Source: Gemmatimonadota bacterium (GTDB lineage Bacteria > Gemmatimonadota > Gemmatimonadetes > Gemmatimonadales > GWC2-71-9). Taken from it: a stretch of 64,000 nucleotides of DNA. The notes under the pieces were generated by a model. That model ran no database searches. It saw only the letters and a program-made list of their open reading frames with translations, and was not told the DNA's origin. The translations under genes were made by a program, and so were the position numbers. Of the stretch, positions 1 to 8,713 are shown in pieces (the stretch's first letter is position 1; the number at the start of each line of letters is the position of its first letter). The stretch lies in assembly GCA_039588295.1 (NCBI GenBank), contig JBDHAB010000008.1:24289-88288 (forward strand), given 5' to 3'.

Positions 1-1
1 C

Positions 2-637
2 TTCAGCACGGGGAACGAGGGGCTGACCTTCATCTGGATGCCGCAGCTCTTCGCCAGCCTGCCGGCAGGCCGCGTGTTCATGGTGTTGTTCTTCGTGGCC
101 CTCGCGTTCGCCGCATTCACGAGTCTGATCGCGATGATCGAACTCGCGACGAGAGTGATGCACGACGCCGGCATGCCGCGCGCGCGCGCGATTCGGGTCG
201 TGGGCGTAGGTGGGTTTCTCCTGGGGTTGCCCTCCGCGTTGTCGCTGCGGTTCTTGCACAACCAGGATTTCGTGTGGGGTGTCGCGCTGATGGTGTCGGG
301 CTTGTTCTTTGCCGTGGGCATTATCACCTACGGTGTGCGACGGTTCCGCGCCGAACAGCTCAATCACGAGCATTCCGACATTCGTGTGGGACGATGGTGG
401 GACATCGTGATCGGAGTCGTAGTCCCACTGGAGGCACTCGTGCTCCTGGGCTGGTGGTTCTATCAAGTGCGAGGGCAGGACCTGCCGGGATGGCTGGACC
501 CACTTCGCGAGGTCAACGTCGGGACCATGGTCATGCAGTGGGGCGTCGTTCTCCTGGTGCTGCTGCTTGCCAACCGCTGGATGGCACAGCGCACGTCCCG
601 GACCGTCGCGGCGCGCGGCGGAACCGGCCAACCGTGA
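2..637 (+). CDS. sodium-dependent transporter, NSS/SNF family (C-terminal part; 5' end outside window)
   Basis: Reading frame is open from nt 2. Multi-TM hydrophobic sequence with NSS-like helices (FFVALAFAAFTSLIAMIELATRV, LLGLPSALS, GVALMVSGLFFAVGII). Confidence 0.7.
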   Translation, partial: FSTGNEGLTFIWMPQLFASLPAGRVFMVLFFVALAFAAFTSLIAMIELATRVMHDAGMPRARAIRVVGVGGFLLGLPSALSLRFLHNQDFVWGVALMVSGLFFAVGIITYGVRRFRAEQLNHEHSDIRVGRWWDIVIGVVVPLEALVLLGWWFYQVRGQDLPGWLDPLREVNVGTMVMQWGVVLLVLLLANRWMAQRTSRTVAARGGTGQP

Positions 638-651
638 CGACGTAGACCGCG

Positions 652-1359
652 ATGTCCACGGTCGGGCTGCGCACGGTGGAACTCGGGACCTTTCGATCGC
701 TCGTCGAACAGCTCAGTGCCGAGATCCCATCGCACTACCTCGATGGCGTCGCGGCGATCGACGTGAGCCCACGAACCGTTCCACAGGCCGCGAGGCAGTC
801 GGTGTACACGTTGGGAGAGTGCATTCCGATCTACACCGGAACGGATGAGATCGTGTCGCGAGTGGTCTTGTATTACGGGTCGTTCCGGGCACTTGCAGCG
901 GAGCACGATACATTCGACTGGCGACGAGAGGCTCGTGACACGCTGTACCATGAGGTGCAACACCACTTGGAATGGCGGGCGGATTCCTCTCGACTGGAGG
1001 AGTACGATTGGGCCGTCGACCAAAACCAGCGTCGCACTGGTGGTGAGCCGTACGACGCCCTCTTCTATCAGGCCGGTCAACTGATCGACCGAGCCGTGTA
1101 TCGAGTAGAGGACGATCTCTTCATTGAGCGGGAAGTCCGTAAGATCCCCACCGAGACTGATGTGACGTGGAGGGGCGCTCGCTACCGAGTCGCGGTCCCT
1201 CGCTCCCCTCTGCCCATGTATCTCCAGCTCGACGGGCTCGACGAACCGATCGCCGACCAGGTCTATCTCGTGCTTCGGCGCACGGCGCGGCTCTGGGATC
1301 TCTTTCGTGCACGTCGTCGAGCGACGGAACACCGGGTTCGTGTCGTCCCAATCGGGTGA
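652..1359 (+). CDS. minimal zincin-type metallopeptidase family protein (Zincin_1/DUF1025-like) with ~110-aa C-terminal extension
   Basis: 235-aa ORF. The N-terminal ~125 aa end in the HExxH-H motif YHEVQHHLEW, preceded by a 'YYGSF' segment as in DUF1025 proteins. The C-terminal half has no motif I recognise. Confidence 0.55.
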   Translation: MSTVGLRTVELGTFRSLVEQLSAEIPSHYLDGVAAIDVSPRTVPQAARQSVYTLGECIPIYTGTDEIVSRVVLYYGSFRALAAEHDTFDWRREARDTLYHEVQHHLEWRADSSRLEEYDWAVDQNQRRTGGEPYDALFYQAGQLIDRAVYRVEDDLFIEREVRKIPTETDVTWRGARYRVAVPRSPLPMYLQLDGLDEPIADQVYLVLRRTARLWDLFRARRRATEHRVRVVPIG

Positions 1360-1654
1360 GCGTACGGCGCTCCTGGTCACCGCTGACCTGTTCTTTCGCG
1401 CGAAGATCGAGGCGGTACTTGTGCGGGGTGGCTACCGTGTTGCCCGGTCCGGTCCAGCCGAACTGGCCGTCGTCGAGTTGGGCACTCCTGAGGCGCTCGG
1501 GCGCGTCCGGGATCTTGTGCAAGCCGGGGTCCGCGTCATCGCGTTTGGGTCTCACGTTCGGGTCGATCTGTTGCGTGAGGCGCGTGCCGCCGGAGCCGAG
1601 GCCGTTCCCAATTCCGAGATCGAGAGCACCGTGGGCCGGGTGGTCGGTCGCTAG
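1340..1654 (+). CDS. hypothetical protein, receiver-like (pseudo-receiver) fold suspected
   Basis: ORF 1307..1654. An in-frame GTG at 1340 avoids most overlap with the upstream gene. The pattern ALLVTAD...AVVEL...VIAFGSH...AGAEAV resembles a CheY-like domain, but the acidic pocket and phospho-acceptor Asp positions are not conserved. Start is uncertain. Confidence 0.4.
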   Translation: MSSQSGERTALLVTADLFFRAKIEAVLVRGGYRVARSGPAELAVVELGTPEALGRVRDLVQAGVRVIAFGSHVRVDLLREARAAGAEAVPNSEIESTVGRVVGR

Positions 1655-1757
1655 CTCGTCGCGACCCTCGGCCCTGGCGTGACCCGGACGCGCCAACGGT
1701 TATCTTTGAGGCACCCGAGGTGAATGTGAATCGTGTCATCGTGGTAGTGAGAGCCTT

Positions 1758-2024
1758 ATGACGCACGAAATGGTAACCTCGCTCCCGCCTCAGGAGGTGT
1801 TGAACCGGGCGAGAGCCTTCTTCGCCGAGCGCGCACCGCACAATGCAGCCTTCCTGGAAAAGCAGGGTGCACGGTTTGCGACGTTTCGGGGACAGGGTGG
1901 GGAAGAACTCACTGTGGCAGTGTTCGAGGCGGAGAGAGGGACTAAGGTGAGGGCATCCACGTTGTTCTTCGATCAGGTGATCGGTCGCTTCTTCTCGACG
2001 CTGCCACTGAGGAGGGAGGCGTGA
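1758..2024 (+). CDS. hypothetical small protein (88 aa)
   Basis: ATG-initiated ORF with GC3-rich codons. Its stop overlaps the next start (GTGA, shared 4 nt at 2021..2024: downstream GTG 2021-2023, stop TGA 2022-2024). No recognisable motif. Confidence 0.5.
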   Translation: MTHEMVTSLPPQEVLNRARAFFAERAPHNAAFLEKQGARFATFRGQGGEELTVAVFEAERGTKVRASTLFFDQVIGRFFSTLPLRREA

Positions 2025-2296
2025 CCGTGCCCGTCGCGACCGATCTGCACGTCCGGGTGTGGGTTCCGGCGGTGTGGGACATCGTGCCACTCAAGGTCTC
2101 ATCCGACTGGACGGTGGCACGGCTCAAGGAGACGGCGCTGCGCGCCGCCACCGGCCGCCAGCCAGACCTCGCAGACTTCGAGGTGAAGTACCGCGGTGGC
2201 CAGATTCTGGACGAGGATGCGACCTTGGCCGGTCTGGAGGTGCCCAATGATGCCGCATTCATTGTGCTGCGCTCACGGCGGCAGCCCGTGCGTTGA
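2021..2296 (+). CDS. ubiquitin-like beta-grasp domain protein (91 aa), no C-terminal Gly-Gly
   Basis: By-eye alignment to ubiquitin. LHVRVWV matches beta1, IVPLKV matches beta2, TVARLKETALRAA matches the helix. GGQILDEDATLAGLEVPNDAAFIVLR aligns with ubiquitin [26 protein letters not shown]. The protein ends ...VLRSRRQPVR. Confidence 0.5.
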   Translation: MTVPVATDLHVRVWVPAVWDIVPLKVSSDWTVARLKETALRAATGRQPDLADFEVKYRGGQILDEDATLAGLEVPNDAAFIVLRSRRQPVR

Positions 2297-2411
2297 ACCC
2301 GGTCCGCGGTGCGCATCCGGTACTTGCTGGAGATCGCCCGCGTGACCGAGGACACCGCAGTTCAGACGCTGCGACGACCGTAGCCGGACGCATCGTTCCC
2401 GCTCCGCCATC

Positions 2412-3311
2412 ATGGCCATTCACATTGTTTGGCATCCGTCGTCGCTGGCCCACGAGGCCGGGCCCGGCCACCCTGAATCGCGCGCCAGGCTCGAGGCAAT
2501 CCTGCACGCACTGCGGGCCTGGTCGGGTCCCGCCCCGTTGGCGTGGCACGAGGCGGCACGGGCTGAGGAGCAGGCAGTGGAGCGCGTGCACCCGCAAAGC
2601 CATCTTCAGCGGCTCGCCGAAGTGTCCGCCCGAGGGGGCGGATTCCTGGATGCGGACACGGGCATGAACCGCCACAGTGCCGATGCGGCATGGCACGCCG
2701 CGGGGGCCGCGGTGGGGGCGGTGCGGCTCGCCCTGGGTGATGGCGCAGCCTTCGCGCCCGTGCGTCCTCCGGGTCACCACGCCACTGCGGAGCGGGCCAT
2801 GGGATTCTGCCTGCTCAATAACGTCGTCGTGGCGGCTCGGGTCGCACTGGAGGAGGAAGGGCTGGCGCGGGTGCTCATCGTGGACTGGGACGTGCACCAT
2901 GGGAACGGCACGCAGGCGCTGATCGAGCAGGATCCGCGCGTGCGATACGTGTCCATGCATCAATGGCCGCTCTATCCGGGGACCGGTCACGCTGATGAGC
3001 GGGGGGTGGGGAATGTCTTCAACGTGCCGCGCCCGGCGGGCCTGCCGCGGACGCAGTACGTTGCGGATCTGAATGACGCGGTGGCCCGGGCAACGGACGG
3101 GTGGGCTCCCGAGCTCCTCATCATCTCGGCGGGCTTCGACGCCATGTCTGGCGACCCGCTGGCGGGGTTCACGCTCGAACCAGAGGACTACGGCTCATGG
3201 GTATCCGACTGGAGGGGACTCGGCGTCCCGATCGCCTCCGTTCTGGAAGGTGGCTACGTGCCGGATCGGGTCGCCGCAGCGGCCGCTGCGCACCTCGGGC
3301 CCCTGGGGTAG
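2412..3311 (+). CDS. histone deacetylase-family (arginase/deacetylase superfamily) protein deacetylase/acetoin-utilisation type
   Basis: Motifs PPGHHA, GFCLLNN, VDWDVHHGNGTQ, SAGFDA, EGGY are the canonical HDAC/AcuC/APAH signature. Confidence 0.9.
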   Translation: MAIHIVWHPSSLAHEAGPGHPESRARLEAILHALRAWSGPAPLAWHEAARAEEQAVERVHPQSHLQRLAEVSARGGGFLDADTGMNRHSADAAWHAAGAAVGAVRLALGDGAAFAPVRPPGHHATAERAMGFCLLNNVVVAARVALEEEGLARVLIVDWDVHHGNGTQALIEQDPRVRYVSMHQWPLYPGTGHADERGVGNVFNVPRPAGLPRTQYVADLNDAVARATDGWAPELLIISAGFDAMSGDPLAGFTLEPEDYGSWVSDWRGLGVPIASVLEGGYVPDRVAAAAAAHLGPLG

Positions 3312-3385
3312 TGTCTTGCCCGCCGACGAGGCCGGTTCGGCCCGCCGACGGTAGCGTCGGCAGGATTGGGCGGTAACTTCACCGC

Positions 3386-4126
3386 ATGCCCCGGAGGCTC
3401 TCGTCCAGCCAACTGATGGCCGTCGTGCAGCCGTGGGCCGAGGTGGCGGAGCCTATCCACCGCCGCGTCGCGCAGCTCGTGGATGCGGAATCGGGGCAGG
3501 AGGTTCTGTGGGTCGGCTGCGGGTCGGGCCGATCCGTGCTCTGGTGGACCGGGCGCTTCCAGACGCATGTCGTCGGAGTCGATCCCGATCACGACGCCAT
3601 AGAATCTGCCGAGCGCGCTGCGCGGGATGTGGGACTGAGCAGTCTCGCGACCTTCCAGACCGCCGAGCCAGCCGATCTTCCCCATGAGTCCGAAGTCTTC
3701 GACGTCACCATCGTCAACATGTTGTATCTGCCGGGGGCTGACGGCGAGTCGGTGATGCGAGAGGCAGGACGGGTTGCTCGACCCATGAGTACCATTGCCG
3801 CGCTGGTACCGTCCTGGCTCAGCACACCGGATCCGGAGGACGTGCGGCTGCTTGAGTCGATCGGGATCCGAGCGCGGCTTCTCATGGAATGGAAGAGCTT
3901 CTTCCGGCTTGGGGGTATCGTGGAGCTGAGCGTGGAGGACGCGGCCCAGGACGGTGGCTGGCTCGGAAGAGGGCGTCTGCGGCTGTTGGTGCGGGGCTGG
4001 CGTGCCGCCGGCTGGGCGGGCGTCCGGATGGTGCTCGGCCGCGAATTCAAGGTCCTCCGCGCTCTGGCAGAACGCCGCGTACTGGGCCTCTCCCTGGTGA
4101 AGGGAACACGTTGGCCGCACGCATGA
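3386..4126 (+). CDS. class I SAM-dependent methyltransferase
   Basis: Motif I VLWVGCGSGRS, followed by VGVDPD (motif II acidic residue) and FDVTIVNML. The stop overlaps the priA start (ATGA at 4123). Confidence 0.8.
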   Translation: MPRRLSSSQLMAVVQPWAEVAEPIHRRVAQLVDAESGQEVLWVGCGSGRSVLWWTGRFQTHVVGVDPDHDAIESAERAARDVGLSSLATFQTAEPADLPHESEVFDVTIVNMLYLPGADGESVMREAGRVARPMSTIAALVPSWLSTPDPEDVRLLESIGIRARLLMEWKSFFRLGGIVELSVEDAAQDGGWLGRGRLRLLVRGWRAAGWAGVRMVLGREFKVLRALAERRVLGLSLVKGTRWPHA

Positions 4127-6543
4127 TCCCCTCGACCTGTGTGGTCGCGCTTCCCATTCCAAGCACCAAACCGTACAACTACGCGATCCCCCCACCGCTG
4201 GCTGACCGGGTAGCACCAGGCACGCGTGTCGTGGTCCCGGTCCGCTCACGCGAACTCGTTGGAGTCGTGCTGGAGGTTACCGCCGAGCCAGTTGAAGCAC
4301 TGCGCAACGTCTTGCTGGTGCCTGACGGCGCCGAGCCGGCGGTGTCCCTACGACTCCTCGGGCTCGCGGAGTGGATCGCTCGGTACTACGCGGCCCCGAT
4401 CGGTCTTGTGCTGAAGACGATGCTTCCCTCCGCCCTGTGGGGTGCTTCGCGGCTCATCGTGCGTCTCGAAGATCCGGCGTGCGCAGCGGGTGGCACCAGC
4501 CGTCTGGTAGTGGAGGCGCTGGACGCTGCCGGTGGCACTGCTGCCGCGGGCACGCTGCGCCGCAAGCTGCGCCGTCCGGTGTGGGACGTTCTCCAGCGCC
4601 TGGCACGGGTCGGCGCCGTCACGCTCGAGACCGCGCCCCCCGACTTGGGCCCATCCACTCGGACCGAACGGGTGCTCGTGCTCACCCGGCTCCTGCCGAC
4701 CCTGATCGAGCGTGAACGACTCTTCGGTCGAGCAGTGCGCCAACGAGAGGCTTACGAGGCGACGGATGCCGTGGGCGGGGAGCTGCCCGTCCGTCATCTC
4801 ACGGCACAGTTAGGATTCTCGTCCACGGTGATTCGCGGTCTCGTACACCGTGAGGTGGCGCGTATCGATGAGCGGGAGCGCCCTCGCGATCCGTTCAGCG
4901 ACGTGGCGGGCGTGCCGGCGGCCGTGCCGACCGAGGCGCAGCGGGGGGCCGTTGCCGCCGTGCGCGCGCTCCCGCGCGGAGGCGCACTCACCCTGTTTGG
5001 CGTGACCGGGAGCGGCAAGACCCTGGTCTACCTGGAGGCGCTTCGAGAGGACGTCCAAGCCGGTCGGGGGGTGATCGTGCTGGTTCCCGAGATCGCGCTC
5101 ACCCCACAGACGGTGGCCCGCGTCCGGGGGGTGTTCGGCGACCAGGTTGCGGTCCTGCACAGCGCACTGTCGGACGGCGAGCGGGTCGACGCGTGGTGGG
5201 CCCTCGCACGCGGGGAGAAACGGGTTGCCGTCGGCGCCCGGTCCGCGGTTTTTGCCCCGGTCCGCGAGCTTGCCGCCATCATTGTCGACGAGGAGCACGA
5301 CGCGAGCTACAAGCAGGGGGAAGTACCGCGGTATCACGCGCGCGACGTGGCCCTGCGGCGGAGCAAGATCGAGCGTGCACGCGTGGTGTTGGGCAGCGCC
5401 ACACCCGCCCTCGAGACATGGGCGAGGCGGGATCGGATTCCGGTGGTCTCGCTTCCGGTTCGCATCGGCGCCCGTCCACTTCCGGCCGTGAGCCTCGTAG
5501 ATATGCGATCGGAGTCCCGTGTGCGCGAAGCGGGACCTGTGCCGTGGTCCAAGCCGCTCGACACCGCGGTGCGAACCTCGTTGGCGGCAGGCGATCAGGT
5601 GATGCTGTTGCTGAACCGGCGGGGCTTTGCGCACTTCCTCCAGTGCCACGAATGCGGTCACGTGTGGGAGTGCCCGTCCTGTACGATTTCCCTGACGGTG
5701 CACCGCAGTCCGCCGGGGCTGCGGTGCCACTACTGCGGGCACGACGCACCGATTCCGAGTCGCTGTCCTGACTGTGGGGCCGCCGCCCATCGGTCACGCG
5801 GAGTGGGGACGCAGTCGTTGGAGCGATGGCTGGCGGAGCGGTTTCCCTCCGCGAGACTCGCGCGCATGGACGCCGACACGACCAGTGGCAAGTGGTCCCA
5901 CAGCCGAATCCTGGATGCGGTGGGGCGACGGGATGTGGATATCCTGTTCGGTACGCAGATGATCGCAAAAGGCCTGGATTTCCCAGGCGTCACGCTCGTC
6001 GGTGTGGTAGATGCCGACACGGCGCTGCACCTTCCCGATTTTCGTTCGGCCGAGCGGACATTCCAGTTGATCGCGCAGGTGGCCGGACGCGCCGGACGAG
6101 GTCCGCGTGGTGGTCGCGTCCTGGTGCAGACGCACACACCCGGGCACTGGGCCTTGCAGGCGGCGGCGTCCCACGATTATGAAGCGTTTGCGGACCACGA
6201 GTACCGTCTGCGGCGCACGCCGGCTTATCCACCGCATGTGGCGCTCGTCAACGTGCTCGTGAGTGGGACCGACGAGCAACGGGTTGCCGAGAGCGCAGTC
6301 GAGCTCGCGGGTTGGCTCGAGCGGCTCATCGGCGCGCGCGCCTCTGGGACCGTGAGTGTGGTGGGGCCGGCCCCGGCACCCCTCGCCCGCATCAAGGGGC
6401 GGTGGCGGTGGCACCTTTTGTTGCGAAGCGCAGATCGGACCATGCTTGGCCGTGTGACCCGCTATGCGTCAGAGCGGGCACCGCGTGCTGGACGCGGCGG
6501 GGTGCGCGTGGTGTTCGACCGCGACCCGGTGTCGCTGCTGTGA
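4123..6543 (+). CDS. priA: primosomal protein N' (replication restart helicase PriA)
   Basis: Walker A GVTGSGKT, DEEHD box, Cys-rich zinc region CHECGHVWECPSCTISLTVH...CHYCGH...CPDCG. ATG at 4123 chosen; the ORF-track extension from 3889 overlaps the methyltransferase and is Arg/Gly-rich junk. Confidence 0.93.
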   Translation: MIPSTCVVALPIPSTKPYNYAIPPPLADRVAPGTRVVVPVRSRELVGVVLEVTAEPVEALRNVLLVPDGAEPAVSLRLLGLAEWIARYYAAPIGLVLKTMLPSALWGASRLIVRLEDPACAAGGTSRLVVEALDAAGGTAAAGTLRRKLRRPVWDVLQRLARVGAVTLETAPPDLGPSTRTERVLVLTRLLPTLIERERLFGRAVRQREAYEATDAVGGELPVRHLTAQLGFSSTVIRGLVHREVARIDERERPRDPFSDVAGVPAAVPTEAQRGAVAAVRALPRGGALTLFGVTGSGKTLVYLEALREDVQAGRGVIVLVPEIALTPQTVARVRGVFGDQVAVLHSALSDGERVDAWWALARGEKRVAVGARSAVFAPVRELAAIIVDEEHDASYKQGEVPRYHARDVALRRSKIERARVVLGSATPALETWARRDRIPVVSLPVRIGARPLPAVSLVDMRSESRVREAGPVPWSKPLDTAVRTSLAAGDQVMLLLNRRGFAHFLQCHECGHVWECPSCTISLTVHRSPPGLRCHYCGHDAPIPSRCPDCGAAAHRSRGVGTQSLERWLAERFPSARLARMDADTTSGKWSHSRILDAVGRRDVDILFGTQMIAKGLDFPGVTLVGVVDADTALHLPDFRSAERTFQLIAQVAGRAGRGPRGGRVLVQTHTPGHWALQAAASHDYEAFADHEYRLRRTPAYPPHVALVNVLVSGTDEQRVAESAVELAGWLERLIGARASGTVSVVGPAPAPLARIKGRWRWHLLLRSADRTMLGRVTRYASERAPRAGRGGVRVVFDRDPVSLL

Positions 6544-6691
6544 TGATCCCGGTCGCTTGAAAGGGCCGGGGGCGGCCGGTATCTTGCGACCGCCTGTCAG
6601 CGGGTTGCGCTGAACCAGTCCAGCACCGGTGGGGCCTGATGGCGGTGAAGACCGGTGCCGGGGTTCTCGAACGGGTGAGGCTCATCGGGCA

Positions 6692-7114
6692 ATGACGTTC
6701 CAACCAACCGTCCCAATTGTATCGGGCCAGCCGGTGTTGGGACTCGGGTGGACCCGTGTCGCCAAGCTCGTCTCAGCGACCGTGGAGCCGGCTTCGATTG
6801 ACCGCATTTGGCTCTTTGCTCCCGTGCGTCATGACGAGCGTGAGTGGGGAACCGCGCTCATCGCTTGCAGGACGGACGACGGTCGCCAGCGCATCTTCAC
6901 GGCCAGCTACCTTCTCGTGATCCGTGGACGGGAGCGGGGACAGGGAAAGGTGGTGGTCGAGGAAGTCGGCACAAGCCCGCCGAGGGTTCTGCACGAAGTC
7001 ATCGTCGGCGTCCAGGAACGGGCCGACGAGTCGGAGCCGCCGGTGGAGATCGCGCCCGGTTTGTGGTTCGGCGCCGATGGAGAGAGCGTCGGTGCTGGCG
7101 CGGACCTGACGTAG
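6692..7114 (+). CDS. hypothetical protein (140 aa)
   Basis: ORF 6629..7114. ATG at 6692 (MTFQPT...) preferred. GC3-rich codon pattern, no motif recognised. Confidence 0.45.
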   Translation: MTFQPTVPIVSGQPVLGLGWTRVAKLVSATVEPASIDRIWLFAPVRHDEREWGTALIACRTDDGRQRIFTASYLLVIRGRERGQGKVVVEEVGTSPPRVLHEVIVGVQERADESEPPVEIAPGLWFGADGESVGAGADLT

Positions 7115-7185
7115 TGCGGCGCTGTCCGCGGTGCTCGCCTTAGACGTCCCGTCCACTCACACTCAAGGTGTAAGGTGCGACCGCA

Positions 7186-7746
7186 GTGATCGATCCCGCG
7201 ACGTTTCTGCCGAGCAGGGCCTTTCTCACGAAGGGCGTCGGACGTCACAAGGAAAAGCTCACGAGCTTCGAGCTGGCGCTCCGCGACGCGAGAGTTGCGC
7301 AGTACAATCTGGTCAGGGTCAGCTCCATCTGGCCGCCTCACTGCTCGTTGGTGTCGTGGGAGCATGGGGTCAAGATGCTGCGTCCTGGTCAGGTGGTGTT
7401 TGCCGTCGTGGCTGAGGCTCAAACCAACGAGCCGTCGCGACTCGCCACAGCGGCAATCGGTCTCGCGATACCGGCCGATACGAGCCATCACGGATACATT
7501 TCGGAGCACCACGCGTTCGGCCAGCGTCAGGATCCGGCCGGTGACTACGCCGAGGATCTCGCGGCGAGCATGCTGGCCACCGTGCTCGGTGTACCGTTTG
7601 ATCCGGATCAGGCGTGGGACGAACGTCGAGAACAGTGGTTACTCTCGGGCGATATCGTGTCCACGAGCAACATCAGTTGCTCTGCGGAGGCCCAAGACGA
7701 CGGACGATGGATCACCGTCGTCAGCGCGGTGGTATTCTGCGGATGA
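7186..7746 (+). CDS. pdaD: pyruvoyl-dependent arginine decarboxylase
   Basis: Strong resemblance to PdaD: TKGVGRHKEKLTSFELALRDA..AQYNLVRVSSI, containing the Ser-Ser self-cleavage site. The stop overlaps the speB start. Confidence 0.88.
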   Translation: MIDPATFLPSRAFLTKGVGRHKEKLTSFELALRDARVAQYNLVRVSSIWPPHCSLVSWEHGVKMLRPGQVVFAVVAEAQTNEPSRLATAAIGLAIPADTSHHGYISEHHAFGQRQDPAGDYAEDLAASMLATVLGVPFDPDQAWDERREQWLLSGDIVSTSNISCSAEAQDDGRWITVVSAVVFCG

Positions 7747-8690
7747 ACGAGTTCCGTGACCGCGGGGGGGACAGGCTTCCGGCGTCGCTGAGCGCGTTGC
7801 CGTGGGGCACCAAGGAGACGTTCCTCGGTCTCCCGCCTGAGGAGGCGCCGTTCGACGCTTCCCCAGTGACCATTCTCCCCGTTCCCTACGAGGCGACCAC
7901 ATCGTACATGGGAGGTACGCGCTTCGGTCCGCGCGGCTTGCTCCACGCGTCACGCTACGTCGAACTCTACGATCACGAGCTCGATATCGAGCCCTATCGC
8001 GTCGGCATTCATACCCTTCCAGAGCTCATGCTCTCGGGCGGGGGGCCAGAGCGCGCGCTCACCGAGCTCCGGGCCGCGATTGACGCGCTACTCAACGAAG
8101 GAAAGTTCGTGATCATGATTGGCGGCGAGCACTCGGTCTCAGGGCCGCCGATCTTGGCACATGCCGCCCGGGTCGATGGCGACTTGTCGGTCCTGCAGCT
8201 GGACGCGCACGGCGACTTGAGGTCGGACTACGGGGGCACGCCGTTCTCGCACGCGTGCGTCATGTATCGTGTTCACGAGCGTGTCCGCCTGGTGCCCGTC
8301 GGCATCCGGTCGTTGACGGCTGCCGAGCGCGATCTCATGCGGGAGCGCGGTATTCCGACGGTCTTCGGCCACGAGCTCGAAGAACCCGGTTGGGTCGATC
8401 GCGTCCTCGCCAGTTTGCAGGATCCGGTCTACATCACCATCGACGTCGACTACTTCGATCCGGCGCTGATGCCGTCAACGGGCACGCCCGAGCCGGGCGG
8501 TGGCACGTGGCGCGCGACCCTCGAGCTTCTCGAGGCGGTGTTCCGCACGAGGCGGGTAGTCGGGTGTGACGTCGTCGAGCTCGCCCCGATGCCCGGCTTG
8601 GTGGCGCCTGACGTTCTGGCGGCCAAATTGGTCTACAAGCTCGTCGCGTTCTATGAGCGGTATCAGGTGGCTCGGGAACTGAGCGGCTGA
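7743..8690 (+). CDS. speB: agmatinase (ureohydrolase family)
   Basis: Ureohydrolase Mn-binding motifs GGEHSV, LDAHGDL, ITIDVDYFDPA. ATG at 7743 forms an ATGA overlap with the pdaD stop. Confidence 0.9.
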   Translation: MNEFRDRGGDRLPASLSALPWGTKETFLGLPPEEAPFDASPVTILPVPYEATTSYMGGTRFGPRGLLHASRYVELYDHELDIEPYRVGIHTLPELMLSGGGPERALTELRAAIDALLNEGKFVIMIGGEHSVSGPPILAHAARVDGDLSVLQLDAHGDLRSDYGGTPFSHACVMYRVHERVRLVPVGIRSLTAAERDLMRERGIPTVFGHELEEPGWVDRVLASLQDPVYITIDVDYFDPALMPSTGTPEPGGGTWRATLELLEAVFRTRRVVGCDVVELAPMPGLVAPDVLAAKLVYKLVAFYERYQVARELSG

Positions 8691-8713
8691 GGCCCGGGTT
8701 ATCGCCGTAGCTC

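Noticed and set aside
3889-4122. Upstream extension of priA in the ORF track (and similar extensions for speB, anmK, ispG, pyk, trkA, dnaX, the ABC ATPase and mnmA)
   Set aside because: The extensions overlap the 3' ends of well-supported upstream genes, are low-complexity, and end at internal ATG/GTG codons that form 4-nt overlaps or follow Shine-Dalgarno-like sequences.
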